This document shows positions 23,446-34,767 of a DNA stretch of 64,000 nucleotides, piece after piece (position 1 is the stretch's first letter; each line of letters starts with the position of its first letter). This DNA is from Lepidodermella squamata (Eukaryota; Animalia; Gastrotricha): assembly GCA_047495785.1 (NCBI GenBank), contig JBLDXI010000007.1, forward strand, positions 1,736,001-1,800,000, read 5' to 3'. A program made the position numbers and the translations under genes. Below the pieces are notes generated by a model, which made no database searches, was not told the origin of the DNA, and saw nothing but the letters and a program-made list of their open reading frames with translations.

Positions 23446-24293
23446 TCAACGTTTTGAAATCGGCCGCTTATTCAGGTAAGCTTTGATATTTGCCACTTCT
23501 GCGATTTGTTTGCCGAGCTTGATGAAGTTAGGGTAGTCACTTAAATCGACCAACGGCAGCGTTTTAACGAGGTTTTCATAAGCAGCCCCGAGACAGATAT
23601 CAGCATAAGTTAACTAAAATGAGCCAAATTTATGAATTAAATCATTATTAATTTTCTTAAAAAATCACCCCACTTCCGCCGGTCAGGTTTTTACCGCCGT
23701 TTTCTTTGATCCGTTTCTCGAAGTAACCCAGAAGTCGTGGCAGGGCCCCGCCAATGAATCCCATGAGCACCGCAAACTTCATGTTGTCATCCTTTTCCAG
23801 GTTGTACTCGTAGAGACCATGCGAAAGGTCCTTCAAACTGTAAATCTTACTTTAGCCTTATATTCTGAAAATCAGATTAAAAAAAAACCTTTCGTAAGCT
23901 TCATCAGCCCTTGCGATTTGTTCAGGAGTTTTCCCAGCAATACCGAAAAGTCGAGCTAAATGCCGGATTATTGCTGTTGTTTGACATATTTGAATAGTTT
24001 CGCCTGATTCTGTCGGTACTTCAAGAACAGGAAGCTGCCCCATCGGCATTTTCGGCTTCATAGCAGGCCAATTAGCCATTTCAACGCGCTCGTCATCGAA
24101 ATCGGTAGCCTGGGATCATATTATAAAAAACTAGGTCATGCGGTAAAACTTTCTGAATTTTTATTATTACGAATTTATAAGCTAATATCCAACGAATTGG
24201 CTCAGCTCGCCCGGGAACGTTGAAGTAAATTATCTTGTACTTGCCCTTCGGACAGTTAGCCGTACTGCTGGCGCCACTGCAGGCTGCTCCCAT
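23446..24293 (-). CDS. GST sigma-like (GST-6) with N-terminal MGAACS extension, 4 exons
   Basis: MGAACSGASSTANCPKGKYKIIYFNVPGRAE...AYKF|ATDFDDERV...MPMGQLPVLE...GGSG|LTYADI...KRPISKR*. Confidence 0.9.
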
Positions 24294-24946
24294 AGTGTAT
24301 ATAGTTTAGAATTGCAGCGAAAACAACAATAAAAATAAGCAAATGAGAGTGTACCACAGCGAAGTGAGTATCCGCCACGGGGCGGCAAGGACAAGTTGCG
24401 CGCGTCAACGTCGCCCGGCAACTGGCGATCGATGCGACCTATGCAGTCGATCATAAATGCGCGATTTTGACCGAGCTGGACGCAGGTAATAAACTAGAGG
24501 ATAAACATAAACTTGTTGTCTGTGGAATATCTTATTAACCAGTAACCAGGCGGTAAATTAAAAAATGGCGAGCTTTCAATTAAGGATATAGGATTTTATA
24601 GATAAATAAAAATAAAATAAATATATAAAATAGGATAAAAAATATAAAAAAATTAAAAAAATTTCCTTAAAAAATATTTTTTATAGCTCGAATTATTGAT
24701 TAATTTTTTTTTCAAATTGAGGAAAAATGCTGATGTGAAAACTGGGATCCCGGTGGAATTATTGATTAGGCACCCTTCCAATCCGAACATTGAAAAAATC
24801 AACTTTGATCTGGAGCAATAATAGAAAATTTCAGAAGACCATTTATTTCCTAAAACTCTAATTTTATTTCAGCTGCCCTTATTGAGGATCGATCAAACGT
24901 TAAATTCCTAATTCCTAACTAAATAAACGTGCTTCGAATGAGAAGT

Positions 24947-25680
24947 TCAAATCGGAGTCGGCGGGCGTTTTTCGAGCCATTTCTTGATTTCCGGGTGATC
25001 GCGAACTTTCATGGCAACGCCAACAAGTCCAGGGTAAACAGCCTTAACATTGACGTCGAAATTGATGAACGGCACTTGGATCAAACCATCAACAGCTACA
25101 GCAACGGCGATATCGGCATACGTCGTCTCCTTGCCAGCCATAAATTTCCCGCCATTATCTTGCAGTTTCCTCTCCAAGTAGGCCAAGGTTCGTGGCAGGA
25201 GTTCCTCCTTGAAAAAGGTCGTAGCAACAAGTTTACGAGCTTCGTCCGATTCGAAATGGGCGCGAATTCCGTGTTCGATTAGGTCTTTCAGAATTTCCAG
25301 GGTTTCATCGGCGTGAATAGCCTCCAGAGAGCCTCTTGGGACTAAGTCGTACCAATAAGCGACAGCTCGGACCAAAGTCGAAGATTGGGCGAAGGTCCTC
25401 TTCTTGCCGTCAAGTTCAACCTCCAAGAACGGAACCTGACCGATTGGGGCGACTGAAATTTTAAGTAAAAATACAATTTAGTTAGATGTTGGGAAACAGT
25501 AAACTTACTAGCTTTCATCGCCTTCCAATCTTCAGGGCTTAGACGGGTTTCTTCCCAATGCGCCTTGCCGTAGGACAAGATCCAGCGGATGATTTCAGAC
25601 CGGCCTCGGACGTGAAAATCGACAAGTCTAACCTTGCTAGGCCTTTCCTTGCCAGGTGGACCTTTCGGGAGGAACGACAT
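24947..25680 (-). CDS. GST sigma-like (GST-7), catalytic Tyr replaced by Asp, 1 intron (~25453-25507)
   Basis: MSFLPKGPPGKERPSKVRLVDFHVRGRSE; PIGQVPFLE; AQSSTL; TYADI; KRPPTPI*. Confidence 0.9.
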
Positions 25681-26076
25681 TATTTTTTGCGAGATACAAA
25701 AAGAACAACTGGATTTGGTTATTACATCTGAAGACGAAACGCTACCCGTATTTATAGCTTGCAAGATGACGAATCAGGTGACAAATCTGCTAGCTCAAGT
25801 GTTTGCACAACGCCATAGTCATCTCGAGCTTTTTTCCAGGGATAGCGGGTCAGCTTTTTGTGTTCGTAGTGCCCTTTTTTCATTCTGGGTAAACAATGGA
25901 GCGAACACCTATGACTATTGTCGACGAGGTAAAAGACAGGTCTGTGGATATTATGAGTCGTGGTCAAAAACATGAAAAAATAACGAAAAAAGCTATGATT
26001 TATTAACAATTTTACGACACAAAAAGGACTATAGTACAGTAAATATTAGAAAATTTCGAGTCATTTAGGCAGGTTT

Positions 26077-26721
26077 TCAGAACTCCGTTTTAGGACGGTT
26101 GGCTAGATGCGCTTTGATGCCAGGATTTTCCAGTATCTTCTTGCCAATATCGCAAATAGTTGGAAACTTGGCGTAGAAGCCATCAACAGCTTCCTTGGGG
26201 TGAGCTTGAAAGTTGTCCCACATTAAAGCTTGGACAATGTCAGGGTAGGTCACGTGATCCGCTACTAGGCCCTTGCCACTGTTCTCCTTAGCGCGCTTCT
26301 CCAGGTACGGCCAAACTCGAGCGCCAGTATCTGCTACAGCTTTCTGAAGTTCGGCTTTCTTAGCCGGGTCTTTTTCGAAAAGGACTTTGGCGGTTGCCTC
26401 CATCATCTCCTTCTGGGCCTCAAATGCTTCGTCAGCTCGAGCTTGTTGTTCCAGGGTTTTGCCGTTCAAACCGAACATTGTAGCCAGAGTTCGGAGAATT
26501 GAGGCACTCTGGGCCAGCATGACTGATTTGCCGTCTTTGCCCGTGAATTCGAGAACAGGAATTTGCTGCAGGGGGCACTGTGGCTTGAAGGTCGGCCATT
26601 CTTCCTTAGAATGTCGCTGATCTTTGTACTCCTTGCCGACGTAGGCGAGCAGAAATCGAGAAGGCTCAGCACGGCCCTTGGCATCGAAGTAATGCAGCGT
26701 GATTTTGCTATCCTTATTCAT
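26077..26721 (-). CDS. GST sigma-like (GST-8), intronless CDS
   Basis: Single 214-aa ORF with a complete set of GST motifs; TATAAA-like box at ~26812-26819. Confidence 0.95.
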   Translation of the reverse strand: MNKDSKITLHYFDAKGRAEPSRFLLAYVGKEYKDQRHSKEEWPTFKPQCPLQQIPVLEFTGKDGKSVMLAQSASILRTLATMFGLNGKTLEQQARADEAFEAQKEMMEATAKVLFEKDPAKKAELQKAVADTGARVWPYLEKRAKENSGKGLVADHVTYPDIVQALMWDNFQAHPKEAVDGFYAKFPTICDIGKKILENPGIKAHLANRPKTEF

Positions 26722-28456
26722 GGTTCTGGCTGAAATTTCTTAAACTTGATAATAAAAGGCGAAAACTGCACTGAAAGTAGGACGAATGGCGAAAATGTGG
26801 TAGCGCCCCAGTATTTATACGCTATTTTATGTAGGTCATAGCGGGAAAGAATCGATTCCTTTATATCAAGGACTGGTGCGCAATACATAATATTATGCCA
26901 GCAACCATAGCATCAGAGCACCTGAATTTCGTTTTATGACCTTATTTTTGACCGACTTTCTTTGTCACGCGAATATTTTAACAAGCCTATTGAAATAACG
27001 GGGATATTTTCTTCATTGAACGCTACATCAAAGCTTTTGGCGGATATTTTGGGTGATTAATGATTTTTTTTTATTTTAACCTCGAAAGTTAATTATCATC
27101 ATTTTCTTATGCACTCGACTGGCACGAATTTTTATTGCAATGGACGTAACATCAGCGAGACCAGGTAAAAACACAAGCTAGCGACAAATAAAAAGCTCAT
27201 TAGCCCTCATAAATATAAACCCTTTTCGCTGCATTGTTTATTCCGGATTTTTTCTTATGCGAGCATAAATGAATAAGTAAGATAAATCTGACACCTGTAT
27301 GCCGAGATGATTCATCGCGATTTTCGTTTGGCGGATGTGATTTTACTCACGAATTTCTAAGGTCAACTTTTATCATGTTTTAAGTTGCGATTTCAGAATT
27401 CCCATGAAGATGCTTCATCACTGGAAAGGAAAGTGAGTAAGTGATTAAAACAATTATTCTTTTACGCTTTAATCTTTTCGAACATTTTGGAAATTTAATT
27501 ACGTAATTATTTCGCCTTCGTTTCATCACCCCAACATTTCGATGTTTTTTTGGCTAGCTGTCATGTGCCCAAATGAAAAACAACCGAATACTTGTTCGTT
27601 ACATCATATAATCACGGAAACTGGTAGAAATGAACATTTTTTATTACATGAGAGACGGTGCGATCAAAGTTGGGAAGACGCTGCGTTGGTTCTCGCAGCG
27701 CTGAAAAGAGTCTGACCGGAGTTTCCAAGTTGTCTCGCGCAGAATCAACGGTTTCGGCTACGAATTGCAGCGATCAAAGAGCAACAAAATGTGAACAAGC
27801 GTGAGTTTTGGCGAATTAGAAAATCTAAACGCATTTGAGCGGGTAAAAATTGACAAATGAGCTCGAAATGTTTGTGAAGGGCTAGTTGGTTGGGGGATCT
27901 CGAAATAGTCATCTGCCTTTTTTGTCAAGATCTTCAGACTGCTTTATTGATTTTTTGCCTGCTCTTTTGAAGTCCCTGATATAATTTTGTTGGGGAATAC
28001 TCGTTTGCTCAGGTTGTGTAGAACAACCCGGTCCATCAATATTTGCGAGAAATTCTGAACAAAAATTCGTGAAAAGTCTTGCTTTTAAGTGAAACCAAAT
28101 TTTGAATCATTAACCCGGCCAAAAAATGCCAATTCTTAATTTCCTGGAATGTTCACGATTTAATAAACAAAATCCAACTAAATAGGTCGAAATTCGCCGC
28201 GGTTTTCAGTATAAGGCCTGGCCCTCACTTTCAGAACGCGGCGCAGTTGAAGAAAATTGAGGTAAGCATTTAATGTCCGAAACAGACTTGGCACTTCTGT
28301 GGATTATTAGTAAAGAATAAAATAAAGTCGCGACAAGGCGTGATTTATTTACAACCATACGAAAAGGAATAGAAATACCGGACTATTCAACAAATAAGAA
28401 AAAGCTCGAGTCAATATTTTTATATAGGCTGGTATGTATTATATCCTTTATTATCT

Positions 28457-29104
28457 TCAGAACTCCGTTTTAGGACGCTTGGCAAGGTAAGCTTTGATAC
28501 CAGGATTGTCCAAAATTTTCTTGCCAATATCGGAAATAGTTGGAAATTTGGCGGAAAAAGCGTCCATTACATCCTTGGGCCGGTCTTGGAAGTTGTCCCA
28601 CATGAATCCGAGAACAATGTCCGGGTAGGTCACGTGATCCGCAGCTACCAGGCCCTTGCCACTGTTTTCCTTGGCTCGTTTCTCCAGAAATGGCCACACA
28701 CGAGCGCCAATGTCCTGAGCTGCCTTCTGAAGTTCAGCTTTCTTTGCGGGGTCTTTTTCGAAGAGAACCTTGGCATTTGCCTCCAGTATCTCTCGTTGGG
28801 CTTCGAATGCTTCATCAGCTCGAGCTTGCTGCTCTATGGTTTTGCCGTTCAAACCAAAGAATAAAGCCAGAGTTCTGAAAATCGAGGTACTTTGGGCCAG
28901 CATGACTGACTTCCCGTCTTTGTTCGTGAATTCCAGAACTGGTAATTGTTGCAGAGGGCACTGGGACTTGAAAGCCGGCCAATCTTCCCTGGCGTACCGC
29001 TGATCTTTGTATTCCTTGCCGACAAAGGCGAGCAGAAATCTAGATGGCTCAGCGCGGCCTTTACCGTTGAAGTAATGCAGTGTTATTTTACTATCCTTAT
29101 CCAT
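28457..29104 (-). CDS. GST sigma-like (GST-9), intronless CDS
   Basis: Single 215-aa ORF, closely related to GST-8 and GST-10. Confidence 0.95.
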   Translation of the reverse strand: MDKDSKITLHYFNGKGRAEPSRFLLAFVGKEYKDQRYAREDWPAFKSQCPLQQLPVLEFTNKDGKSVMLAQSTSIFRTLALFFGLNGKTIEQQARADEAFEAQREILEANAKVLFEKDPAKKAELQKAAQDIGARVWPFLEKRAKENSGKGLVAADHVTYPDIVLGFMWDNFQDRPKDVMDAFSAKFPTISDIGKKILDNPGIKAYLAKRPKTEF

Positions 29105-29642
29105 GTTTCGGTGAGAAATTTATCAATCAATAGCAAAAGGAAAATGGGCTGCAGGTGTGGCAAAAAAGCATCAGTGCCCCGGTATATTTATGAGCGCTAT
29201 TCAATGTCGGTGAAAACAGGCAAAAAAATCAATTCGTATAGAGAAATAGTGCCTGCTAGCTGCTATGTTTACCAGTAGCAAACATAGCATGCTCGTTACA
29301 GCATATTATAGCACCTGCTTTCATTTCTTCTATTGATGTTTTTTTCGCCACGTGGATCACGAGGCGATTTTACTTCAAAAGAGGGGTTTAATTCATTCAG
29401 AGCCTAGTCGACCTGAGCGTAGACCTTAGATAGCTGAATATGGTTCCTGTGTTTTTTAACCGACTTGCGGTTTCAAAAAAATATACTTCCATCGGGAATT
29501 CGAAGTTTAAAAAAAAATTATTTACTGGGAAATTTATTATACATAGAGATTATAAATAACAGAATGAGAGATAAAAGATAAAACTCAGCAGTCATTCCTG
29601 CTAGCAGGCCTTGCACATTGCGACTGATGGCCTCAGTTTGTA

Positions 29643-31988
29643 TCAACCAGCCAATTCAATTTCGCATATAGGATACGCCTCAACCAGACTGCAACTGTCA
29701 TCGTACCACTCGCTGGAATAGATAGAGTCATGATACCCGAAGTAGATGCAGCCCACTTGAGAGGAAATTGGCTTGCTGAACGGATATGGTCTATCTGCCA
29801 TGTAAAACGTGAAGGTAACAGGCGTTCCGGTATCCCAAGTCGTGAACATATCAGTTGGATTAAGCCGTTGCAAGCCTAGGTGATAGCCGTTCACCGATGC
29901 CATCCATTTCGCCCCTTGACTCATTATTACGCTGTTAATGTACAATTGTTCGGCTTCGCTTTCAATTTGTAACAGGCGAGAATTGGTTTGCTGACAAATA
30001 GCCTTAGCTTCGGCGCGAAATCTTGGCAATTTGTATATTACGTAGCAACTCCCCCCAAAGTAATACGGACACCAGTTACTCATGTCCAAGCTGCAGATTC
30101 CATTAGCCTTGAAATCAAATTTTTGAGTAGTCCACTCGTATGAGTCATTAGTTGGACTTATGGTTGCGAAAGGAATGGATGGATTGTCAAAAACTTGGCC
30201 CTGTGCCCAATCGGTTTCGGGGCACATCGGGGGCGGGTCGCAATATTCAGGTGTAGTTTTGCTGTCCTGCCTCATGCAGAACGGCCCTTTCGGCATTCGA
30301 GCTATGTCGGGGTTCCTGCAGTATCGATGAAACACGTGTAGTTCAGGAAAGCTTTTTGCCGCTGAGTTGTATTCAGTCCCGTTCCACATAGCGCATAAAG
30401 CTCCACTTGACGTTTTCGTCATCCTTCCGTTGTATTCGCGACCAGGCGGCGTGAATCGACAATTTTGAGGGTAAGACTGAGATGTGGGAATTTCACACAG
30501 GATTCGATTGCTGACGTCCACTCCAAAATCCTGAAACTGGTTCTTCCCAGCACCACATAGCCACTCTCCGGAATTCAAACTCGGCGGTTCACTCCAAGGC
30601 CAAAGTTCATAGGCTGGCGACCCTGCAAGGTACAGCTTGTTAATTTGGGTCGTCCAATTTGCTGGATTCGGGTAGGTACTGGGGTTCATAGCGCCATAGT
30701 CCATAATGAAATTAGGGTAGCTAAAACCCAAGTTAGCCAGCCGATCACTGGCGACAGTTATGAGTCGATACTTTTGGGATCCATCGATAGGGGCCGTCAA
30801 AATACCGCCCATTTCAGAGCAACGAGCATTTTGAAGTGTCGCGGGTAGAAAGTCGCCATACGCTATTGTTAAACAACTGTCGTGATACCGCTGGCCGAAA
30901 ATGCAAGGGCGGTTGTTAATTTCAACCAAATCGTAGACATACGTTCCAACTTCGGGCACCCTTGAGTTGAACAATGATTCGTAGAACAGGCAGCAAGTTC
31001 CACCAGGCGCCAGAGGAGCGGGTCGATATTGGAAGGTCACGCATCTGCCACGCGTTGCCTTGCACATATCGGCGCATCTCTGAAGGGTAAGCACAGCATC
31101 CGCGGTTCCACTGTAGCAGTTATTGACATTTGCGGAGTTTATTTTTGTATTCTCGCGCCGCGCTGCAGGCCGCCCTCGCACTTTTTCATAGTTCCAAGCA
31201 TCGACGTCACCCGACCCGCCCGGTGCGTTTGAAGAAGCTGACTTCAAAACGCAGTAGTTATCCCGTCGGTAGAACGTGAAAGCAACACAGCTGTCGCGAT
31301 AGACTCGATCGCACTTGTTAGCACATTCTTCGGGTCCTTTGACATTGGTCAACGTCACGAGATCTGTGCCAGCATTTCCCATACGTTTGATGTAGCCTTT
31401 GATCTCTTGAACAGGCCTTGGCCAAACGTTGGCCGCAAAAGCGGCATAGCCAATCCACCATTTGGTCGTATTAGAAGGCGCGTTATTTTTGAGAATTTCG
31501 TACAGTCGGCGGCGTTGGTCAATATTTTGGAATGTTACTAGCTCAGATTGAAAGTTTTCGTCGCAAACCTTCCACGAATACTGACGCCAGAGCGTTTCGT
31601 TTTGAAGAAGATAACACCGATCGCTATCGTTGTCCGCTATCCAACCAGGTGGGCAGAAGTGACTGCGATAGTACATTTTGTGACCCTGCCCCAGGTCTAG
31701 CTTCAGTTTTGGCAACGGTTTTGCAGAACCCGGATGACTGTACAGCTTGCACAAGCGTTTCAACTCGCTGTACGCCAAACTACTGCAACTCGCATTTTTC
31801 GTGCAGTGAGAGAAGCATTCTGTTTTTGAATTGATTTGCTGGTCAAAATATGGCGCCAACGTAGCTGGTAGCAAATTATCCAGCTCAGGCTTGCTGAGCC
31901 ATTTCTCGAAAGTAATCATCGACGATTGACAAATGGTAGGAGATGCCACGAGCAGCAATACAGATGAAATAAAGGCATCGATGAGCAT
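29643..31988 (-). CDS. Secreted multidomain protein: PAN/apple x3, C-type lectin domains, kringle (copy A, 781 aa, single exon)
   Basis: Signal peptide; PAN patterns (EC..HC...SC.S..Y.....C.LY); CTLD motifs (CPPGW..RCY, WWIG, ILCE, WYDDSC..PICE); kringle (YNGRMTKTSSGALC..W...YCRNPD...GPFC..EYC). No TM segment and no protease domain. Confidence 0.88.
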   Translation of the reverse strand: MLIDAFISSVLLLVASPTICQSSMITFEKWLSKPELDNLLPATLAPYFDQQINSKTECFSHCTKNASCSSLAYSELKRLCKLYSHPGSAKPLPKLKLDLGQGHKMYYRSHFCPPGWIADNDSDRCYLLQNETLWRQYSWKVCDENFQSELVTFQNIDQRRRLYEILKNNAPSNTTKWWIGYAAFAANVWPRPVQEIKGYIKRMGNAGTDLVTLTNVKGPEECANKCDRVYRDSCVAFTFYRRDNYCVLKSASSNAPGGSGDVDAWNYEKVRGRPAARRENTKINSANVNNCYSGTADAVLTLQRCADMCKATRGRCVTFQYRPAPLAPGGTCCLFYESLFNSRVPEVGTYVYDLVEINNRPCIFGQRYHDSCLTIAYGDFLPATLQNARCSEMGGILTAPIDGSQKYRLITVASDRLANLGFSYPNFIMDYGAMNPSTYPNPANWTTQINKLYLAGSPAYELWPWSEPPSLNSGEWLCGAGKNQFQDFGVDVSNRILCEIPTSQSYPQNCRFTPPGREYNGRMTKTSSGALCAMWNGTEYNSAAKSFPELHVFHRYCRNPDIARMPKGPFCMRQDSKTTPEYCDPPPMCPETDWAQGQVFDNPSIPFATISPTNDSYEWTTQKFDFKANGICSLDMSNWCPYYFGGSCYVIYKLPRFRAEAKAICQQTNSRLLQIESEAEQLYINSVIMSQGAKWMASVNGYHLGLQRLNPTDMFTTWDTGTPVTFTFYMADRPYPFSKPISSQVGCIYFGYHDSIYSSEWYDDSCSLVEAYPICEIELAG

Positions 31989-32257
31989 TGCTATGGTCGA
32001 TTTTCCCAGGAAAAAGAAAAGCGATAGTCTGCTCAGTCGGCTAGGGTTAGTTGTATCGCTGTGTGCGATATTGGCACGTTACCAGGTGTCTTCCACAACG
32101 GCGCCCAAGACGATCGTACTGCGTGCACAGTGAAGCTGTCAGTCATATTATTGTATCGGAACTTCATCAAGTTGCAGCCGGACATTTCCTAAAGCGTGAG
32201 CATGAATCGATTAAACTTTGAATAAAGCCTGCACGCATACGCACCATGAGTATAATA

Positions 32258-32439
32258 TCGCGGGGTGGGCGACAGAACGACTTGCCGAGAATAGAAACAA
32301 AAGACGTAAAAACTAACTTTCTGCATCTCGGCCAAGTCAGTCGCGTGCCTTATCATTATTAACACGCCAGTTGTTTCTTTGCATCAAATGCATTGCGCCA
32401 ATTGCTTCTATTCAAGTTTTTCTGTCGCCAACCCCGCGA
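32258..32439. mobile_element. MITE, 182 bp, TA target duplication
   Basis: TA|TCGCGGGGTGGGCGACAGAA ... TTCTGTCGCCAACCCCGCGA|TA; absent at the paralogous site (~38895). Confidence 0.8.
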
Positions 32440-32458
32440 TATGATGCAATATATGTTA

Positions 32459-33136
32459 CCCTTTCGTGGCGGGAGGGACGATTTCGGAATTTCGACTCTG
32501 AAAATTCGCAGAAAATTAAATGTGATGAATTCTTGATCGCCCTTTGAGGAATGTTGCTTTTCGATGTTGGCTACAAGGCTTTAAGACCTGGAAACTATTA
32601 CCTTGCATGGTCAGGACATACTAGCAATTCGAAAATAGTCTACCTGAGATTGAAATTTCGATTTTTTCAACTTGAAAGGTTCATTCTGATCATTTTTTAT
32701 CCGCCATAGTCTCATTGGCCTCTGTGTCAATTTTTTTCAGTTGGAAATTAAAAATGACGACGCTATTCAATCAAACCGGCCGAATTCGTCCTATCCGCCC
32801 AGACTTTAATACAGGCGGAGTACGTGACTGTCGGGAGGAAAACTGGAAAAGCAGAATTCAGATCTGAATGCTGAGCCTCTTGGGGATTTTCGTGAGAGTA
32901 ATTTAGAATCTAAAATTCCAAAGCTGAAGACGCCTGACACGGAAATTTGGGTGTTCGAAAGATCGCCTGAAATCAGCTAGGCGGATAGGGCGATTTCGGG
33001 CAGTTTTTTACAGCCTTAACGGTGATAGATAAATAGACAACCGGGTTTCAAAATCGTGATCAGGGCCTTCGAAGACCTCTGGAACTGCCGTAAAATATTT
33101 TTTCTCCCGCAGATGAAAAATTCCGCCATGAAAGGG
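32459..33136. mobile_element. piggyBac-like non-autonomous element, 678 bp
   Basis: CCCTTTCGTGGCGG ... CCGCCATGAAAGGG (13/14 TIR) with degenerate TTAA-like flanks and an internal inverted repeat (~32782-32800 / ~32980-32998). Absent from duplicate unit B. Confidence 0.65.
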
Positions 33137-33199
33137 TTTTAATAATGATGATAAATGGTTGGTGATACCTAAATACTATCTCAATAGCATTGTAAGATC

Positions 33200-33314
33200 A
33201 AAAAGAGACGAAGACCTCTGAACTACTTTTTATTTGATGTTCATCAAAGTGGTTACAGAATTTTATTCAGGAGTTGAAATCGTCCTGATTGGTTTAGAAA
33301 GGAGTGGCCGGGCG
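33200..33314 (-). pseudogene. GST-11 3' remnant (last codons RPATPF* plus 3'UTR) at the duplication breakpoint
   Basis: Near-identical to 38951-39067 and truncated abruptly at 33314. Confidence 0.85.
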
Positions 33315-34128
33315 AACATTTATGAACATTTATTACAAGAGAGACGGTGCGATCAAAGTTAGGAAGACGCTGCGTTGGTTCTCGCATCGCTGAAAAGAGT
33401 CTGACCGGAGTTTCCAAGTTGTCTCGCGCAGAATCAACGGTTTCGGCTACGAATTGCAGCGATCAAAGAGCAACAAAATGTGAACAATCGTGAGTTTTGG
33501 CGAATTAGAAAATCTAAACGCATTTGAGCGGGTAAAAATTGACAAATGAGCTCGAAATGTTTGTGAAGGGGGATCTCGAAATAGTCATCTGTCTTTTTTG
33601 TCACCATTTTTTGTCAAGATCTTCAGACTGCTTTATTGATTTTTTGCCTGCTCTTTTGAAGTCCCTGATTTATTTTTGTTGCGGAATACTCGTTTGCTCA
33701 GGTTGTTTAGAACTACCCGGTCCATCAATATTTGCGAGAAATTCTAAACAAAAGTCTTGCTTTTAAGTGAAACCAAATTTTGAATGAGTAACCTGGCCGA
33801 AAATGCCAATTCCTGGAATGTTCACGATTTAATAAACAAAATCCAACTAAATAGGTCGAAATTCGCCGCGATTTTCAGTATAAGGCCTGGCCCTCACTTT
33901 CAGAACGCGGCGCAGTTGAAGAAAATTGAGGTAAGCATTTAATGTCCGAAACAGACTTGGCACTTCTGTAGATTATTAGTAAAGAATAAAATAAAATCGC
34001 GACAAGGCGTGATTTATTTTCAACCATACGAAAAGGAATAGAAATACCGGACTATTCAACAAATAAGAAAAAGCTCGAGTCAATATTTTTATATAGGCAG
34101 GTATGTATAATAATATCATTTATTATCT

Positions 34129-34767
34129 TCAGAACTCCGTTTTAGGACGCTTGGCAAGGTAAGCTTTGATACCAGGATTGTCCAAAATTTTCTTGCCAAT
34201 ATCGGAAATAGTTGGAAATTTGGCGGAAAAAGCGTCGATTTCATCCTTGGGCCGGTCTTGGAAGTTGTCCCACATAAATCCGAGAACAATGTCCGGGTAG
34301 GTCACGTGATCCGCAGCTACCAGGCCTTTTCCACCGCTCTCCTTGGCTCGTTTCTCCAAAAATGGCCAAACACGAGCGCCAACGTCCTGAGCTGCCTTCT
34401 GAAGTTCAGCCTTCTTTGCCGGGTCTTTTTCGAAGAGAACCTTACCATTTGCCTCCAGCATCTCTCGTTGGGCTTCGAACGCTTCGTCAGCTCGAGCTTG
34501 CTGCTCCAGGGTTTTGCCGTTCAAACCGAAGAATAAAGCCAGAGAACGGAAAATCGAGGCGCTCTGAGCCAGCATTACTGACTTCCCGTCTTTGTTCGTG
34601 AATTCCAGAACTGGTAATTGTTGCAGAGGGCACTGGGACTTGAAAGCCGGCCAATCTTCCCTTGCGTACCGCTGATCTTTGTATTCCTTGCCGACATAGG
34701 CGAGCAGAAATCGAGATGGCTCAGCGCGTCCTTTACCGTTGAAGTAATGAAGTGTTATTTTATCCAT
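34129..34767 (-). CDS. GST sigma-like (GST-10), intronless CDS
   Basis: 212-aa ORF, duplicate of GST-9. Confidence 0.95.
   Translation of the reverse strand: MDKITLHYFNGKGRAEPSRFLLAYVGKEYKDQRYAREDWPAFKSQCPLQQLPVLEFTNKDGKSVMLAQSASIFRSLALFFGLNGKTLEQQARADEAFEAQREMLEANGKVLFEKDPAKKAELQKAAQDVGARVWPFLEKRAKESGGKGLVAADHVTYPDIVLGFMWDNFQDRPKDEIDAFSAKFPTISDIGKKILDNPGIKAYLAKRPKTEF

Noticed and set aside
29643-31988. Plasminogen/HGF orthologue
   Set aside because: PAN and kringle are present, but there is no serine-protease domain and CTLDs dominate.
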